From Lama glama (Eukaryota), in NCBI GenBank assembly GCA_028534125.1, contig CM052818.1:6884001-6948000 (forward strand): a DNA stretch of 64,000 nucleotides, read 5' to 3'. The notes beneath the pieces were generated by a model, which saw only the letters and a list, made by a program, of their open reading frames with translations, was not told where the DNA came from and made no database searches. A program made the position numbers and the translations under genes. Below, one piece after another: positions 35,243 to 47,361 of this stretch. The first letter of the stretch is position 1, and each line of letters begins with the position of its first letter.

Positions 35243-36150
35243 AAACCATACCAAGGAAGTTCTGCCATTTCAACTTATTTTGTGTAGGCAACAGTTTAGT
35301 CCATATTTCAGTCAGCCAATGAAGCAAATTGTTAATGCTATTCCCAGCCCCTCGAGCTAATACTGAATCTGGAATCTCTATATATTGAGCCCATATCAAT
35401 AAACTCAACCCGATTCCATTATATACTCCTTCCACTCTGATCCCACACCCTTAAGATCCATTGCCACACATTTCCCCTAGATTTCTGTCAGTATAAATTG
35501 GCAAAATCATACAGTTCTGTTGGTGTGTATCATACCTCCTCATAGATCATAATTTGTGCCTCACTTTCTGGGGCTTTGGGAGACTACAGTGTAGTTATCA
35601 GTATAGGAAGGAAAGGTGGAGGATAAGTTTTTGGGAGGATTATTGCAGGATCTTCAGGCAACAGGGGGTTAACCTTTCAGATGGTGGAAAAACTGCTTCT
35701 AGGGCAAAGAAGGCTCTGCAGAATCTTGGGGTTCAAGATCCCCGGGTTCACTGGAATGTGCTCCTATATCCCCCATCCCAGTTCTCAGGGCCCCATTCCA
35801 TCCCAGTCAATGCCTCACTTTAATGAAAGAGGAACTGCATTGTTGGGAATTCAATTGGTGTTGTAATTGAGCCACCCATGGGATTAGATTTTGGATTTAG
35901 TTTCTTGGCCACAGGAGATCAGGACTTCTGTAGGGGCAGTCATTGGAGCTTCCAGGTCCTTTATGTAGACCTTGAGCTGGGAATTTGTAGTCCCAAGCTC
36001 ATCATGTTCTTTCCCTATGTTTTCCAACCCAGTTAGAAGCATTATACTCCTTATTTTATTAAAATAATCTATGGCATCAAATATTATATCACCCAGAACC
36101 TTGCTGTCTATAGATACTTGATTGCAGGTATCTAAAGAAAATAATTTGAC
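35243..36150 (-). mobile_element. ERV-L/MaLR internal gag remnant (frameshifted, with stops)
   Basis: Joining minus-strand frames gives VWQWILRVWDQSGRSI*WNRVEFIDMGSIYRDSRFS / ARGAGNSINNLLHWLTEIWTK / MAELPW, resembling ERV-L Gag (WEWILRVWDNGG...FIDMG...W). Right boundary uncertain. Confidence 0.8.
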
Positions 36151-36355
36151 TTAACAGTCTGGCCACTGCAGTCTATGGGGTATCAGTGCCCAGGATGACT
36201 GAGGGTCATCCTGGCAAGGCTGACCCAAGAAGGCCTTCTCCGTGTTTACCCTTCTTCCCCAGAACACCTTGAGTTTCTGCCCTAGCCTTTGACAAAGTAG
36301 TTGAGTAAATTCTACCAAATATTGGGTACTGGGAACATCATTCTGCCTGGGAACT

Positions 36356-37088
36356 TTTTTTTAAACATTTTTTATTGAGTTGTAGTCATTTTACAATGTT
36401 GTGCCAAATTCCAGTGTAGAGCACAATTTTTCAGTTATACATGAACATACATACATTCATTGTCACATTTTTTTTTTTTTGCTATGGGCTACCACAAGAT
36501 CTTGAATGTATTTCCCTGTGCTATACAGTATAATCTTGTTTATCTATTCTACATATACCTGTTAGCACCTACAAATTTTGAACTCCCAGTCTATCCCTTC
36601 CCACCCAACTCCACCTTGGAAACCACAAGTTTGTATTCTATGTCTATGAGTCTATTTCTGTTTTGTATTTATGCTCTTTTTTTTATTTTTAGATTCCACA
36701 TATGAGTGATCTCATATGGTATTTTTCTTTCTCTTTCTGGCTTCCTTCATGTAGAATGACATTCTCCAGGGACATCCATGTTGCTGCAAATGGCGCTATG
36801 TTGTTGTTTTTATGGCTGAATAGTATTCCCTTGTATAAATATACCACATCTTCATTCAGTCATCTGTTGATGGACATTTAGGCTGTTCCCATGTCTTGGC
36901 TATTGTAAATAGTGCTATGAACATTGGGGTGCATGTGTCTTTTTGAAGCAGGGTTCCTTCTGGATATATGCCCAGGAGTGGGATTCCTGGGTCACATGGT
37001 AAGTCTATTCCTAGCCTTTTGAGGAATCTCTATATTGTTTTCCACAGTGGCTGCACCAAACTTCATTCACACCAGCAGTGTAGGAGGG
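36356..37088 (-). mobile_element. Relatively young 5'-truncated L1 with TSD
   Basis: Antisense poly(A) and 'tttattg' at ~36355-36378 and a well-preserved L1 3' end. Imperfect TSD: ttctgcctgggaac (36341-36354) and ttctgcatgggatc (37089-37102). Confidence 0.92.
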
Positions 37089-37719
37089 TTCTGCATGGGA
37101 TCATTTTTGAAAGCCCAAAGTGTTACAGGTGGTCCTGGAATAATCCTCTGTGTCTTATTAACTTCTAAGGGTCCTTCTTGGGAGAGACATCTGTGTCTGG
37201 AGTGACCAAAGAAACCTCAGCTTTATCTAGGCATCAAGGACCTCTTTGAATGACTCTGAGCAGAATGTAAAAGTGAGGAGAGAGTTATATGAACTTTGAT
37301 TTCATTTAAGGATTTTGGACTTTAATTCACAAGGGCACAATGATTTGATTTTAGACTCTAATTCCGTTAGAATTTAACTTAATTTTAGACTTAGGTTCAT
37401 TGGACTGAATAAAATGAATTAATTTAAAAATTAAAAGGGAATTATTTTTACCCAGGAAATGAATAATGCCAGGAAGGTTTAATTCAAATTTGGGCTTTCT
37501 CTATTTTTTGGCATTTAATTATTGCAGCATCTTTTTATGATTATTTAATTTCATTGCAGAAACTGATAGACAGTATTAGACAGCATGGCTGGACCTAATT
37601 TTAGATGGGAAATAGAATAGATGGGGAATAGAACTTTGGTGGGTCAAAGTTTTCAGGCTGTGGATACAACTTGACTTTGGAGCACATGGCAGATCATATT
37701 TTATAAAAATGACCCCACG

Positions 37720-38020
37720 GCAAAGTAAGCAGACACAAAAGGACAAATATTGTATGATTCCACTTATATGAGCTACCCAAAATAGTTAAATTTATATGGA
37801 CACTGAGTAGAAGAGAGGTTACCAGGGGCTGGGAGGAGGAGAGTATGGGGAGTTATTGTTTAATGGGTGCAGTTTCAATTTGGGAAAGATGAAGAAGTTC
37901 TGAATATGGATGGTAGTGATGGTTCCACAACGATGTGAATGTACTTAATGCCGCTAATCGTACTCTTAAAAGTGATCCAAAAGCTAAATTTTACGTTATG
38001 TCTATTTTACCACAATTAAA
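37720..38020 (+). mobile_element. L1MB-like 3' end
   Basis: 'cagacacaaaaggacaaatattgtatgattccacttatatgag' through 'attttaccacaattaaa'. Confidence 0.88.
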
Positions 38021-38029
38021 CAGAAGGAA

Positions 38030-38583
38030 AGAAAGTGATCCTATAGCACTATTTCTAGTCCCATGTGCTTTTTCAGAACCTTGTCACTCTCCCATTAAGA
38101 GGAGGAGTCTACATGTCCGCTCCTTGAACTTTTTGTGTTCTGTCTTGTGACTGGTCTTTTGACAGCCTTGGCTCACAGAGGACAGCAGAAGTGATGCTGT
38201 GTGACTTCCAAGACTCGGCCATAGAAGAGGGTACAGCCTCTGCCTGGTTCTGTTTATTTCGACACGCAGCTGCATGGCCCTGAGCGGGGCAGAAGCCACC
38301 TGTGGGAGAGACCATGTGGGGAGGACATGCAGAGACAGAGAGAGGTGCCCAAGGAGCCCCAGCTGTGTCTTCCCAGTGCAGACGCCAGACGTGGGAGTGA
38401 GGAAGCCTTTGAGATGCCTCTGGCCCCAGCTGCTGTCTGAGCGACGTCTGTGTGAGGGACCCCCAGGGAGCACTGCCTGCTGAGCATCGTCAGCTCAGAA
38501 CCGTGGGAGAGAACAGTAATAGATTGTTGGTTTTCGACACTCAATTTGGAGTGCTTTATTATGGAGCAACAGATAACTAGAAT
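38030..38583 (+). mobile_element. MaLR solo LTR (MLT1F/G-like)
   Basis: 'gcagaagtgatgctgtgtgacttccaagac', 'ccagacgtgggagtgaggaagcc' and the end 'agcaacagataactagaa'. Confidence 0.75.
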
Positions 38584-39932
38584 GTGGTTGACTTGAAGTA
38601 TTCACCTGATCCATTCCAGAGACTTTGGGGGTAAAACGTACACTGCCTGTCAGCAATTCTGGGAGGATGCTCAGAAGACCACACAGCATCGGAGGTGGAG
38701 CAAGACCATCTAGCTAGTTTGCCATTTCTTCTTTCCTGCAGGAGGTTGTCACACCCTAGTTGATGGCAGACTTGATCAAGAAACCCAAGGCATTGGGAGA
38801 AGAAACAGCTGGATACTGTTACGGAAGCCCCTGTTCCCCACTCATATTTCCTATGAAAGCATCTCCCTAGAGGCACACTCCCAGCCTTTCTACCTCCCTC
38901 AGCCTCCTTTTCACAAGTGACATCTGGTAGGTGGCTCTGAGAGAAAGATCTGGGGAGGCTGGCACCACCCTTCCCCTTTTGGGCTAGGCCTATGTTCTGC
39001 TCAACATGTCTGCTGCGCAGTATAAAGCATTCACCCAACTGGGCCCCAGACTGGGGAATACGTCTAATTTAGAGGTTAAGCCTTCGTAAACCGACTGGCC
39101 ACAGACCGTAGCCATGTTATCTTAATGGCTTTATAGCGTGATTATTTTCATTTCCATCTACCAGACTCCTGTGTCTGCATCTTAAATAGTTCAAAACTTG
39201 GTGGGGTGGGAGGGATGTTATTTCTTTGATTTCCTAAAACCCCAATAATCCTTATCTGGGTCAAAGTTTTCTCCTCCATCCTGTAAGGCCCATTCCAGAC
39301 GTCACCCCTAGGACCTCTCCCCTGAAAGCAGACATAAGCTGACCTTGCTCTGGCCTCTCACTGTTCTTCCTTGTCTCTCTTTCGGTCACTTGTCAAATTC
39401 AGCTTTAGAGTTAATGGTGTACTTATTATACTTCACGACACAGCATAGGTTGTTCTCCACATTAATGGCTGGGTTTTAGAACAACTTAAACTCTTTTTAT
39501 ATTCTAACCAACACTCCCAAACTGAGAGTTATATGCCAAATTCAGAACTGTGTGCATTAGCTGATAAAAAAATATATCTCCAGCTGCCACTCGGCAAAGC
39601 TGTTTCCCAGCCAATGGCTCCATTCTGCTGTTTCACCGTTTTTGTCAGCATGGCAGTTTGGGGACAATTATTTAAATATTTTATTATATTTGCAATGCTT
39701 ATTTTATAAAACAAATATAAAGTGGAAAAATGAAAATGTTCACCCTGCTGATAAATAATGAAGAGCTCAAACTTGATTCAGTTACAACAAAGATGGAGAT
39801 TGTTAGGTATGCTGAATGCTAAGAATAGTTAACCTTGCTTTGGATATTTGTTTTATTTATGGTAGTTACCTTTTGGGTTTAATTGAGAAGGAAAAGAAAA
39901 AAATGGGGGGAAGAAAACCATGTATAACATAG

Positions 39933-40345
39933 TATATTAGTCAGGGTTCTCCAGAGAAACAGAACCAATGGGATGTGTGGAGAGAGAGAGAGATTTATTT
40001 TAAGAAATGGCTAATGAGATCATGGAGACTGGCAAGTCTAAAATCTGCAGTTCAACTTTGAAGGCTGTCAGGCTGGAGACCCAGGAAAAAGCCAATATTG
40101 CAGTTCAAATCTGAAGGCCATCTGCTGGCAGGGTTCCCTCTTGTTCAAGGAAATTCAATCATTTGTTCTAGTCAGACTTTCAACTGATTAGATGAGGCCC
40201 ACCCACATCTGCTTTACTTAAAGTCCACAGATTTCGTTTTTAATCTCATCCAACAATACCCTCACAGAAAAGCCCAGCACAACTTCTGATGATATATCCA
40301 GACACCATGGCCCAGCCAAGTTGTCACATAAAATTAACCATCACA
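39933..40345 (-). mobile_element. ERV-L solo LTR (MLT2-like) with 5-bp TSD
   Basis: 'tattagtcagggttctccagagaaacagaaccaat' through 'aagttgtcacataaaattaaccatcaca'. Flanks are catag and catgg. Confidence 0.9.
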
Positions 40346-42284
40346 CATGGTGAAAATGTATCTCCAAAGTTATGTTCAAAAGACAAGAGACATACTTTTA
40401 AAATCTTTGGGAATATTTGTTATTTTTGTATATACTTTTGAAATCCCTGGAAATACATAAATTTTATATATTTTAGCATAGTTTTAAGGAGGATAAAATT
40501 AAGGGACTGCCTATAAACTCCTTTGAGAGAAGGTATTATGTAAAATGGGGGTCACCTGGGTATAGATCTAGGTATAAGGCTATTTATGATGTTTAGCAAA
40601 AGGATATTAAATCAAAGCAATTGTCAACGAATTTTATCAAACCACCACCAAAATTTTTATAACAAACACTAGGTTATCCAGCACCCTCAAGTAATCACAT
40701 TTTTTTTTCTAAACTCTAAAATTATGGGGAAAAGCAAGTCCCCTGACAATAAACTCAAATTAGGAATTAACTGAAATGAGTGAAACTCAAAGCCACCTCA
40801 CAGTGCTGGCGTATATCACCACATCAGCCCATGCTCGTCAGCTGCAACCAGTGATCAACACTTACATCACGAGAACCCTGACTAAGAAAATGGCAAGAAG
40901 TTCTGGAGATGGATGGTGGTGATAATTGTAGAACAGAGTGAAGGCACTTAATGCCATAGAACTATACACTTGAATGGCTAAAATGATACATTTTATGTTA
41001 TGTATGTTTGACCATGATTTTAAAAAAAGAATATGATGAGTCACTGACATTCTTGGTTTGATATGTATTATTCCCAGAGTTAGTTAAGACTCTTTGGGTC
41101 TAAGATATAAAACCAGTAACAGCTAGCTTCAGGGGAAAAAAAAAGGAAAATTGCAGGAATGCATGGGTGCATCCCAGAACCCAAGGGCAGGAATGCTAAG
41201 AGATCTTGGAGGACTACAGCCAGGAACTGGAAGGTCACTGGGTCCCTCCCTTGTTTCCGCTGTTCTCTGTGATTCTATTTCATCCTCATTCTCTCTACAA
41301 CCCGATTTCTCTGTCTCTGTGGCCAGCAGGATGGAATACGTTCCCTGCCTTCCTCTCTCCATGGCTCCCATGTTTACCTGACATGTTATACTCCCATGCT
41401 GAGAATGACTTACAGTCTCTCACTCCCAATTCATATTCCCAAGAAAGGAAAGCCAATAGGCCCGTCCTGGGTCAGGTGACCTCCCCTGGTCCAATCAGTG
41501 CTCAAGGAGTGGTGCAAACATGGCTAATTCTGAGAGAAGCAGGGCTGAGCATATACCTCAAACAGTGTCTTAACCCTTGGGAATATCCATCACACTAAAC
41601 CAGATAACCTTCTTCCCTCAAGCTCTTGGCACCCAGTTACATTCAGTTTAGTGAACAGTTTAGTGATATGAACTATGTGGTCAGTAGATGAGTCAGGGTC
41701 ACTTCTTCCTCCTTTACAGCCAAATTCTCGGTCATGAGAGAGCCTGTTACCTCAATCACAGTGTCTGAAGAAGTGGGTGGACTTCTTGGAGTGTTTTGTT
41801 TCCAGCTCAGCCCTCTGTCGATCTCCAGCCCTGGGGAACCACAGTAGATGCTCCATGTTTGACCCTCACGAGCTCAGTAATTCGTCAGTCCACAGCCCTG
41901 GCCGCTTGCCCCACTCTCTCTGAATCTCACAGACTCCACACGGCACCAGCAGATTTTCACAACTTATGGGCCTCACAGGGAACCTCCCCCAGATCCTGAG
42001 GTCCCCAGGGCTCTGTAGGGGGTGCGTGCAGGCCTCACTACTGTGGCACCCCCTCCTCCCCAGAGTTCTCCCATCTCCAGAGCACTTGTCTGTCCTCTGT
42101 TAAGGTCAAATCACACCCCACCCGCTTTAATCTTTATGGCTTCACCTCACCCCACTGTTACCTGTCCCTGAGCTTTGGAAAATAAAGGCCTACCCCACAC
42201 TCTGTCTAAGGAGTGTGTATCTACCTTTACTGTAAGCAAACACCCCACCTCGTGTACATCTCTCTAAATACATCTACTGTATTC

Positions 42285-42286
42285 GA

Positions 42287-42354
<68 letters not shown>

Positions 42355-42382
42355 AAAAGAAAAGAGAAAAAGAAAAGAAAGG
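42285..42382. repeat. (GAAA)18 microsatellite continuing as a pure purine tract
   Basis: Perfect GAAA units at 42285-42356, then A/G only to 42382. Confidence 0.97.
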
Positions 42383-42530
42383 CAGGGCCTATTAACTGTC
42401 CCACGAGGCAAGAAAAGCTCCAGGATGTAGGTATGGGGCTGGGGGCAAGCAGAAAGGTGGGTACAATTTACTCCACAATGAGCCTTGGAAACTGAAAACC
42501 ATTGATTTCCTTATCAAGAGAAGCTGCCAA

Positions 42531-42673
42531 TGGCAGGAGGGTATAGCTCAAGTGGGGAAGCACGTGCTTAGCATGCATGAGGTCCTGGGTTCAATCCTCA
42601 GTACCTCCTCAACATATAAATAAATACATAAACCCAATTACCTCTCCCTCATTTAAAAAAAAAAGAGAGAGAG
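42531..42673 (+). mobile_element. tRNA-derived SINE (camelid vic-1-like) with TSD
   Basis: 'ggagggtatagctcaagtgg...cttagcatgcatgaggtcctgggttcaatcctcagtacc' with an A/(GA)n tail. TSD AGAGAAGCTGCC at 42517-42528 and 42674-42685. Confidence 0.9.
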
Positions 42674-44039
42674 AGAGAAGCTGCCGAGAAATGTGCCACT
42701 CGTTTGCACAACCTCTCAGAGTTTTCCCACCTAGAAAGGAGAGGAAGGCATCCACTTAGATCACAGACCACAGACGGCGAATGAGGAGAGCCCACAGACA
42801 ACCTCACCCCCAGAGGTCTCCTGACAGCAGCAGTGTCAGGGTGAGGACCCCCTCACCATGCAGCTTCCTATGGGAAGTGGTGAACGTGGGAGATTTTTGG
42901 ACAAAGCAAAAGCGTTCTAAGAATGCAGTGCATTCTTTACAATGATTATGGTGATTAAATTTTAAATCATATTTATCATTTGTTTTAACTCATAATAAAT
43001 GAGAGGCATTGTATAGTGGGTACAGCCTTCCCCAGGAGACAAAAGACTTGAGTTTTCAAGTTTTCTATTCCAACTTCTCAAAAGTGTAAGCCCGCAAATG
43101 TCAGTGACCCCAGTGTTAATCATCTCTTTCCTCCCACACTCAGACACTACAGGGCTCCATAATGACTCGGTGAATTGACTTCATTTTAGTGTCCAAGTCA
43201 AGATAAAAGATAAAACCCTTGCCTGCCATTTCCCTGCAGACCTGTGGGGAGGAAGCACTTGTGATGTTTGTGTCTGAAATGAGGATAGAGTGTCACAACT
43301 GCCAGGGAGATTCCGTGAATAAATGGGTTGGGAGTGTCTGTAATCCTTCCAGGGAGTATGGCGTGAGCTCCTGAAATGAGCCTATTGGACTCCGGGCAGG
43401 ACTGGAATTGAGGCCAGTGTAAATGTATACAATGGAGACCCAGTGTTTCTCTCCATCGTAAGCTATCCATCTCAAGTGTTTGCAATAAAGAGTTGGCAAC
43501 ATTTTTACTCAAGATTCACTATGTGAATAAAAAAATTATTCTATTTATAATCATTGTTGCTCCAACAATGACGCTGAGGTTTCCAGAATCCCAGGTGGAG
43601 GGTGTGCCACAGACACATCTCAGCTCTTCTCCTGGCAGAAGCACTCTCTTGACTGTATTGTTCATACATATTATGAAGATGTCTTGTAAGAAAGGAAAAG
43701 CCTGGGAATTAAGTAGTTGAGCCTAAGAAATCTTAAAAACCCATAACTTAGAAGAAGCTGAGATGAGATAAAGTACATTGTGAGAGGTGAAAATATAAGA
43801 GACGTAAACATAGCCAGGCACATAGCCCATCGACCACGTGTGCAGTTTATTTCTGTGCATTTGACGCATTAATTTTGAATCGTAAACAAGTCATTTCATT
43901 ATTAGTTTATATTACCTTGTTGTGATGAAGAAGAAAAATGTAATTCATATTAATAATCCAATCCAGTATTGTCTTGCACACAAAGGTACACTGATGAGTT
44001 CATTAAATGTTAAATAATTCATCATTAAATGCTTCACAC

Positions 44040-44212
44040 CAGTGGATCCTAGACCTTATCAGGCATCAAAATTCCCTAAAACTCAGAGTGCTGGACCCCA
44101 TCCCAGAGTTTCTGATTTGGTAGGTTTAGGATGGGGTCTGAGAATTTACATTTTTAAGTTCCTGTGTGATGCCGATGAGTCCTGGACGGAGACCACACTT
44201 GAGGGAGCACTG
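44040..44212. mobile_element. MER5A-like hAT MITE
   Basis: cagtg...cactg termini, with 'ccccatcccagagtttctgatt...ggggtctgagaattt' and 'accacacttgag'. Confidence 0.8.
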
Positions 44213-46319
44213 ATTTGTATTATTTAGAACTCCTCAGTGGATTATTTTTAAGTATTTGAGTGTTTTGTGTATTGAGAGGCTACTGGTTGGGGATTTTGGT
44301 TAGGCTGAGAACGCATTATCATTTTCCACATTTTAACTAACGAAATACAGACACTTGCCACCCTAAAATCTCTAGTGCATTTTTTAGGAACAGAATACAT
44401 TCAGATCATCTAGAAGCCTCCTGGGGAGTTTGTTGGGAACCACCCTCTCACCCAGCAGATCCACAAATGGGACTGGACATCTTCTGATGGGTGATCCCTG
44501 CTGAGAGAGAAGAGCAGCCTGAGAGGGACTTCCCAGCCCTGCCAGGAGAAGAGAGAAGAGCCGCCGTATTCCGCTGCAAGGCTATGAAGGCCTTTCGTCG
44601 CCAATGAAAACAATTTGGAAAACTTGGCGGGGAGTCTGGAGCTAGGGGAATCATGGAAAGTTGTTAAGTGCCCTATAAAAGCCCCACTGGGCAACTTAAC
44701 ACTGGCTCAGCTGTTGGATGCATGACCACGTGGCCCTTCATGGGGCCTGAGGACGCACAATGCCTCAGCCTGGATGGGTGCTGCCAGTTGGTGTCACTGG
44801 GGCCACACGAGGCCAGGGAAAAGGAGAGAAAGAAAATGAAAGAGATGGTCATAACCAGCTTTTAGGATGTCAAATGGGGATTCAAACATTTTGGAGAAAT
44901 GCAGCAGGGTTAGGGAGCATTGTTTTGCTCAAGGAGTCAGGAATCCTCGCCTCTCTTACTCAAGTACATTTTCCAGAATTCACCACCTGCTCTGGAGTCA
45001 GGTCTGGAAACTAAGATTTCTTCTTGGGATTAATTCAGAAGATGTGCACTTTCTAGTTTTCCCAGCAGGTGAGAAGAGCTAGACAGAGGTTCTAGGAAGT
45101 GAAATCGGGGCCATTCCACCTCCGTGTTTCCTTAAAGGCTGCAGTGTTCACGCTGAAGCTCTTCTTTCCTATTTATCAGAGCTTGGGCTGCCCATTTGGA
45201 AAATGAGCCTGGGAAGACCTAGCATGAGGGTGTGTAGGAATCAATTCACTTTGAAAGATGAGTGAATGAATACTGACACAGAGTGGAAGTCTTTGTGTTT
45301 TGAGGTTGTTCGTAAGGAGCTCTGAGCTCCATGAGGACAGGGGTCTGTCTGATCTCCCACTGATACCCTAGTCCTGGTAACAATGGTTGACACACAACAG
45401 GCACTCAGAAAAATGTGTTGGATGAATGAATGGGAACAAAGAAAAAAATCTCAAATCCCACTTAATAAGCCCCAGCAACGTTTGTGCCTCTCTTCAAACT
45501 GCTGCAGCTCCAAGGCAGAAAAGCCGAGTAGGCTGCCAGAATGGAGATGGGTCAAGTCTCACGTGCACGTTCTCTTACTGCTTTGCCGTGACAAGAAACT
45601 CATTTTGAAAACCAAACCAAAACAAAAAAATGTAAGCGCTAATTATGGGCTTCTTTTTTTTTTTTTTTGGCAAGGAAAAAAAAAATTTCAGTCCAGCTCT
45701 GAGCATAACATGTCTGCTAATATTTACTTTTAAAAAGATAAAAAAAACAACAACAGCAACAAAAAACTTGGAAACTTTCTTGGCATTCTGTGTCCTCATT
45801 CCAGGTTCATGGAACAGTCAGAAAACACATTATCTGTGAGCGCCTTCTTGGTTACAGCGAAAGCCAGATTGGCCTCCCAAAGGCTTCTTCAACATCTTGG
45901 ACCCACAGGCAGGTCAGCGCTGGGCTAGAGCAATCTGGGTGACCATCGTCAGTCGGAAAGGGCTGCAGAGGTCTTATCCCTGGGTCAGAGAGGTTACACG
46001 GCTCTCTAGTCACTCAGCTGGACAGCGGGAGACTCTCCCCCTGTCCCAGCCTAAGGACACTTAATAGAAAGACACTGCTCGTTAACCAACCCTGGATGCC
46101 TCGCGTGATACGATGTGGGTGGTGAAACCAGCAGGCTGTGGGCTAACGGCCAGGGAAGTTGCACACCTCCCTCCGCAGCCTCTGCCGGCCTTCCCCTCGC
46201 ACTACAGCACAGGGTCCGCTCCTGTGGCACCCCTGGCTGCTCCAGCCTGTCCTGAACCTTTCCTGACTCTTCCCTCAGCATCAGAGCCCCTGTGTGTGTT
46301 GTGAGAGAGAAAGCAAAGT

Positions 46320-46770
46320 TGCAGAAAGACGGTCACCTATTAACAGTAGTTACCTCGAGCAGTGTGGTGGGAGGGGGCAGATGGAGATGATTAAACTTCT
46401 TTATCCATGTCTGTGTTACTTGACTTGTTACAACCAGCATGTATTACATATATAATTTTTAAAAAATCCAATAAAATTAAAAAGCAAATTTCAAAAGGAT
46501 GCATGCAGTATGATATCATCCGTATAAAATCCGAAACTACAAAAACTATCCCTTGTTTATGGAGCTATACCTAGATAGTAAAAGCCCCAAACCTGCCCAA
46601 ACACTTAAACTGGATCTGTGGCATCTTAAAAAAAAAAAAAAAAGCAAGAAATCTCAAAGTAAATACGGCGAAAGGTTAATGTTTATTAGAGTGGGGGATG
46701 GGTACTTGGGTGACTTACATTACTCTCTGTAATTTTCCATATGTTTGAAATACTTCATAAGCTGAAAAAT
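46320..46770 (+). mobile_element. Old L1ME-like 3' fragments
   Basis: 'attaacagtagttacctc', 'atgcagtatgatatcatc' and 'tgtttgaaatacttcataa'. Confidence 0.5.
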
Positions 46771-46936
46771 GAACTGCAATCAAAGGAAAAAGGACTGAGT
46801 TTACCTTATTTGTAACTTATCATCTTAGCGATTCCCTATACACCCTTCAGGTACAAGAAAGAGGGGAAGGGAGGAGGAAAGAAGGGTCACAATGACTTTG
46901 GGAGAGCTACTTTGTTTTCTGACTTTCCTTCTTCTT

Positions 46937-47263
46937 TGCCTTAGTTAGTTTGGGCTATTATAACAAAATACCATATACTGATGGGCATAAACAACAAATA
47001 TTTATTTCTCACCATCTGGAGGCTGGGAAGTCAAAAATCAAGGTGCCAGAGTGTCTTCGTCTGGTGAGGGTCCCCCTCCTGGTTTGCAGAGGGCCACCAC
47101 CCTACTATAAGCTCTTCTTATAAGGGCACTAATCCTACCTTGGGGCTCCACCTTCATGACCCCCCCTAATCCTAGTTACTTCCCAAAGGCCCACTTCTGA
47201 TACCCTCATATTGAGGATTGGGGCTTCAACATATGGGGGGACACAAACATTCAGTTCATAGTA
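46937..47263 (-). mobile_element. MaLR solo LTR (MLT1A-like) with exact 5-bp TSD
   Basis: 'ataacaaaataccata...tttatttctcac...ggaggctgggaagtc...acacaaacattcagttcata'. TTCTT flanks both sides (46932-46936 and 47264-47268). Confidence 0.9.
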
Positions 47264-47329
47264 TTCTTCAACAGTGTCTTTTTAGGCAACAAACAAGGGG
47301 GAGAAGCAAAATTAATGTCCTCCAGGTAA

Positions 47330-47361
47330 GTGGATGGATGGATGGATGGATGGATGGATGG
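47330..47361. repeat. (GGAT)n microsatellite
   Basis: gtggatggatggatggatggatggatggatgg. Confidence 0.9.

Noticed and set aside
34660..35435. Long ORFs spanning the N run
   Set aside because: Artefacts of translating through the gap.
42213..42395. Lys/Glu/Arg-repeat ORF
   Set aside because: Translation of the (GAAA)n microsatellite.
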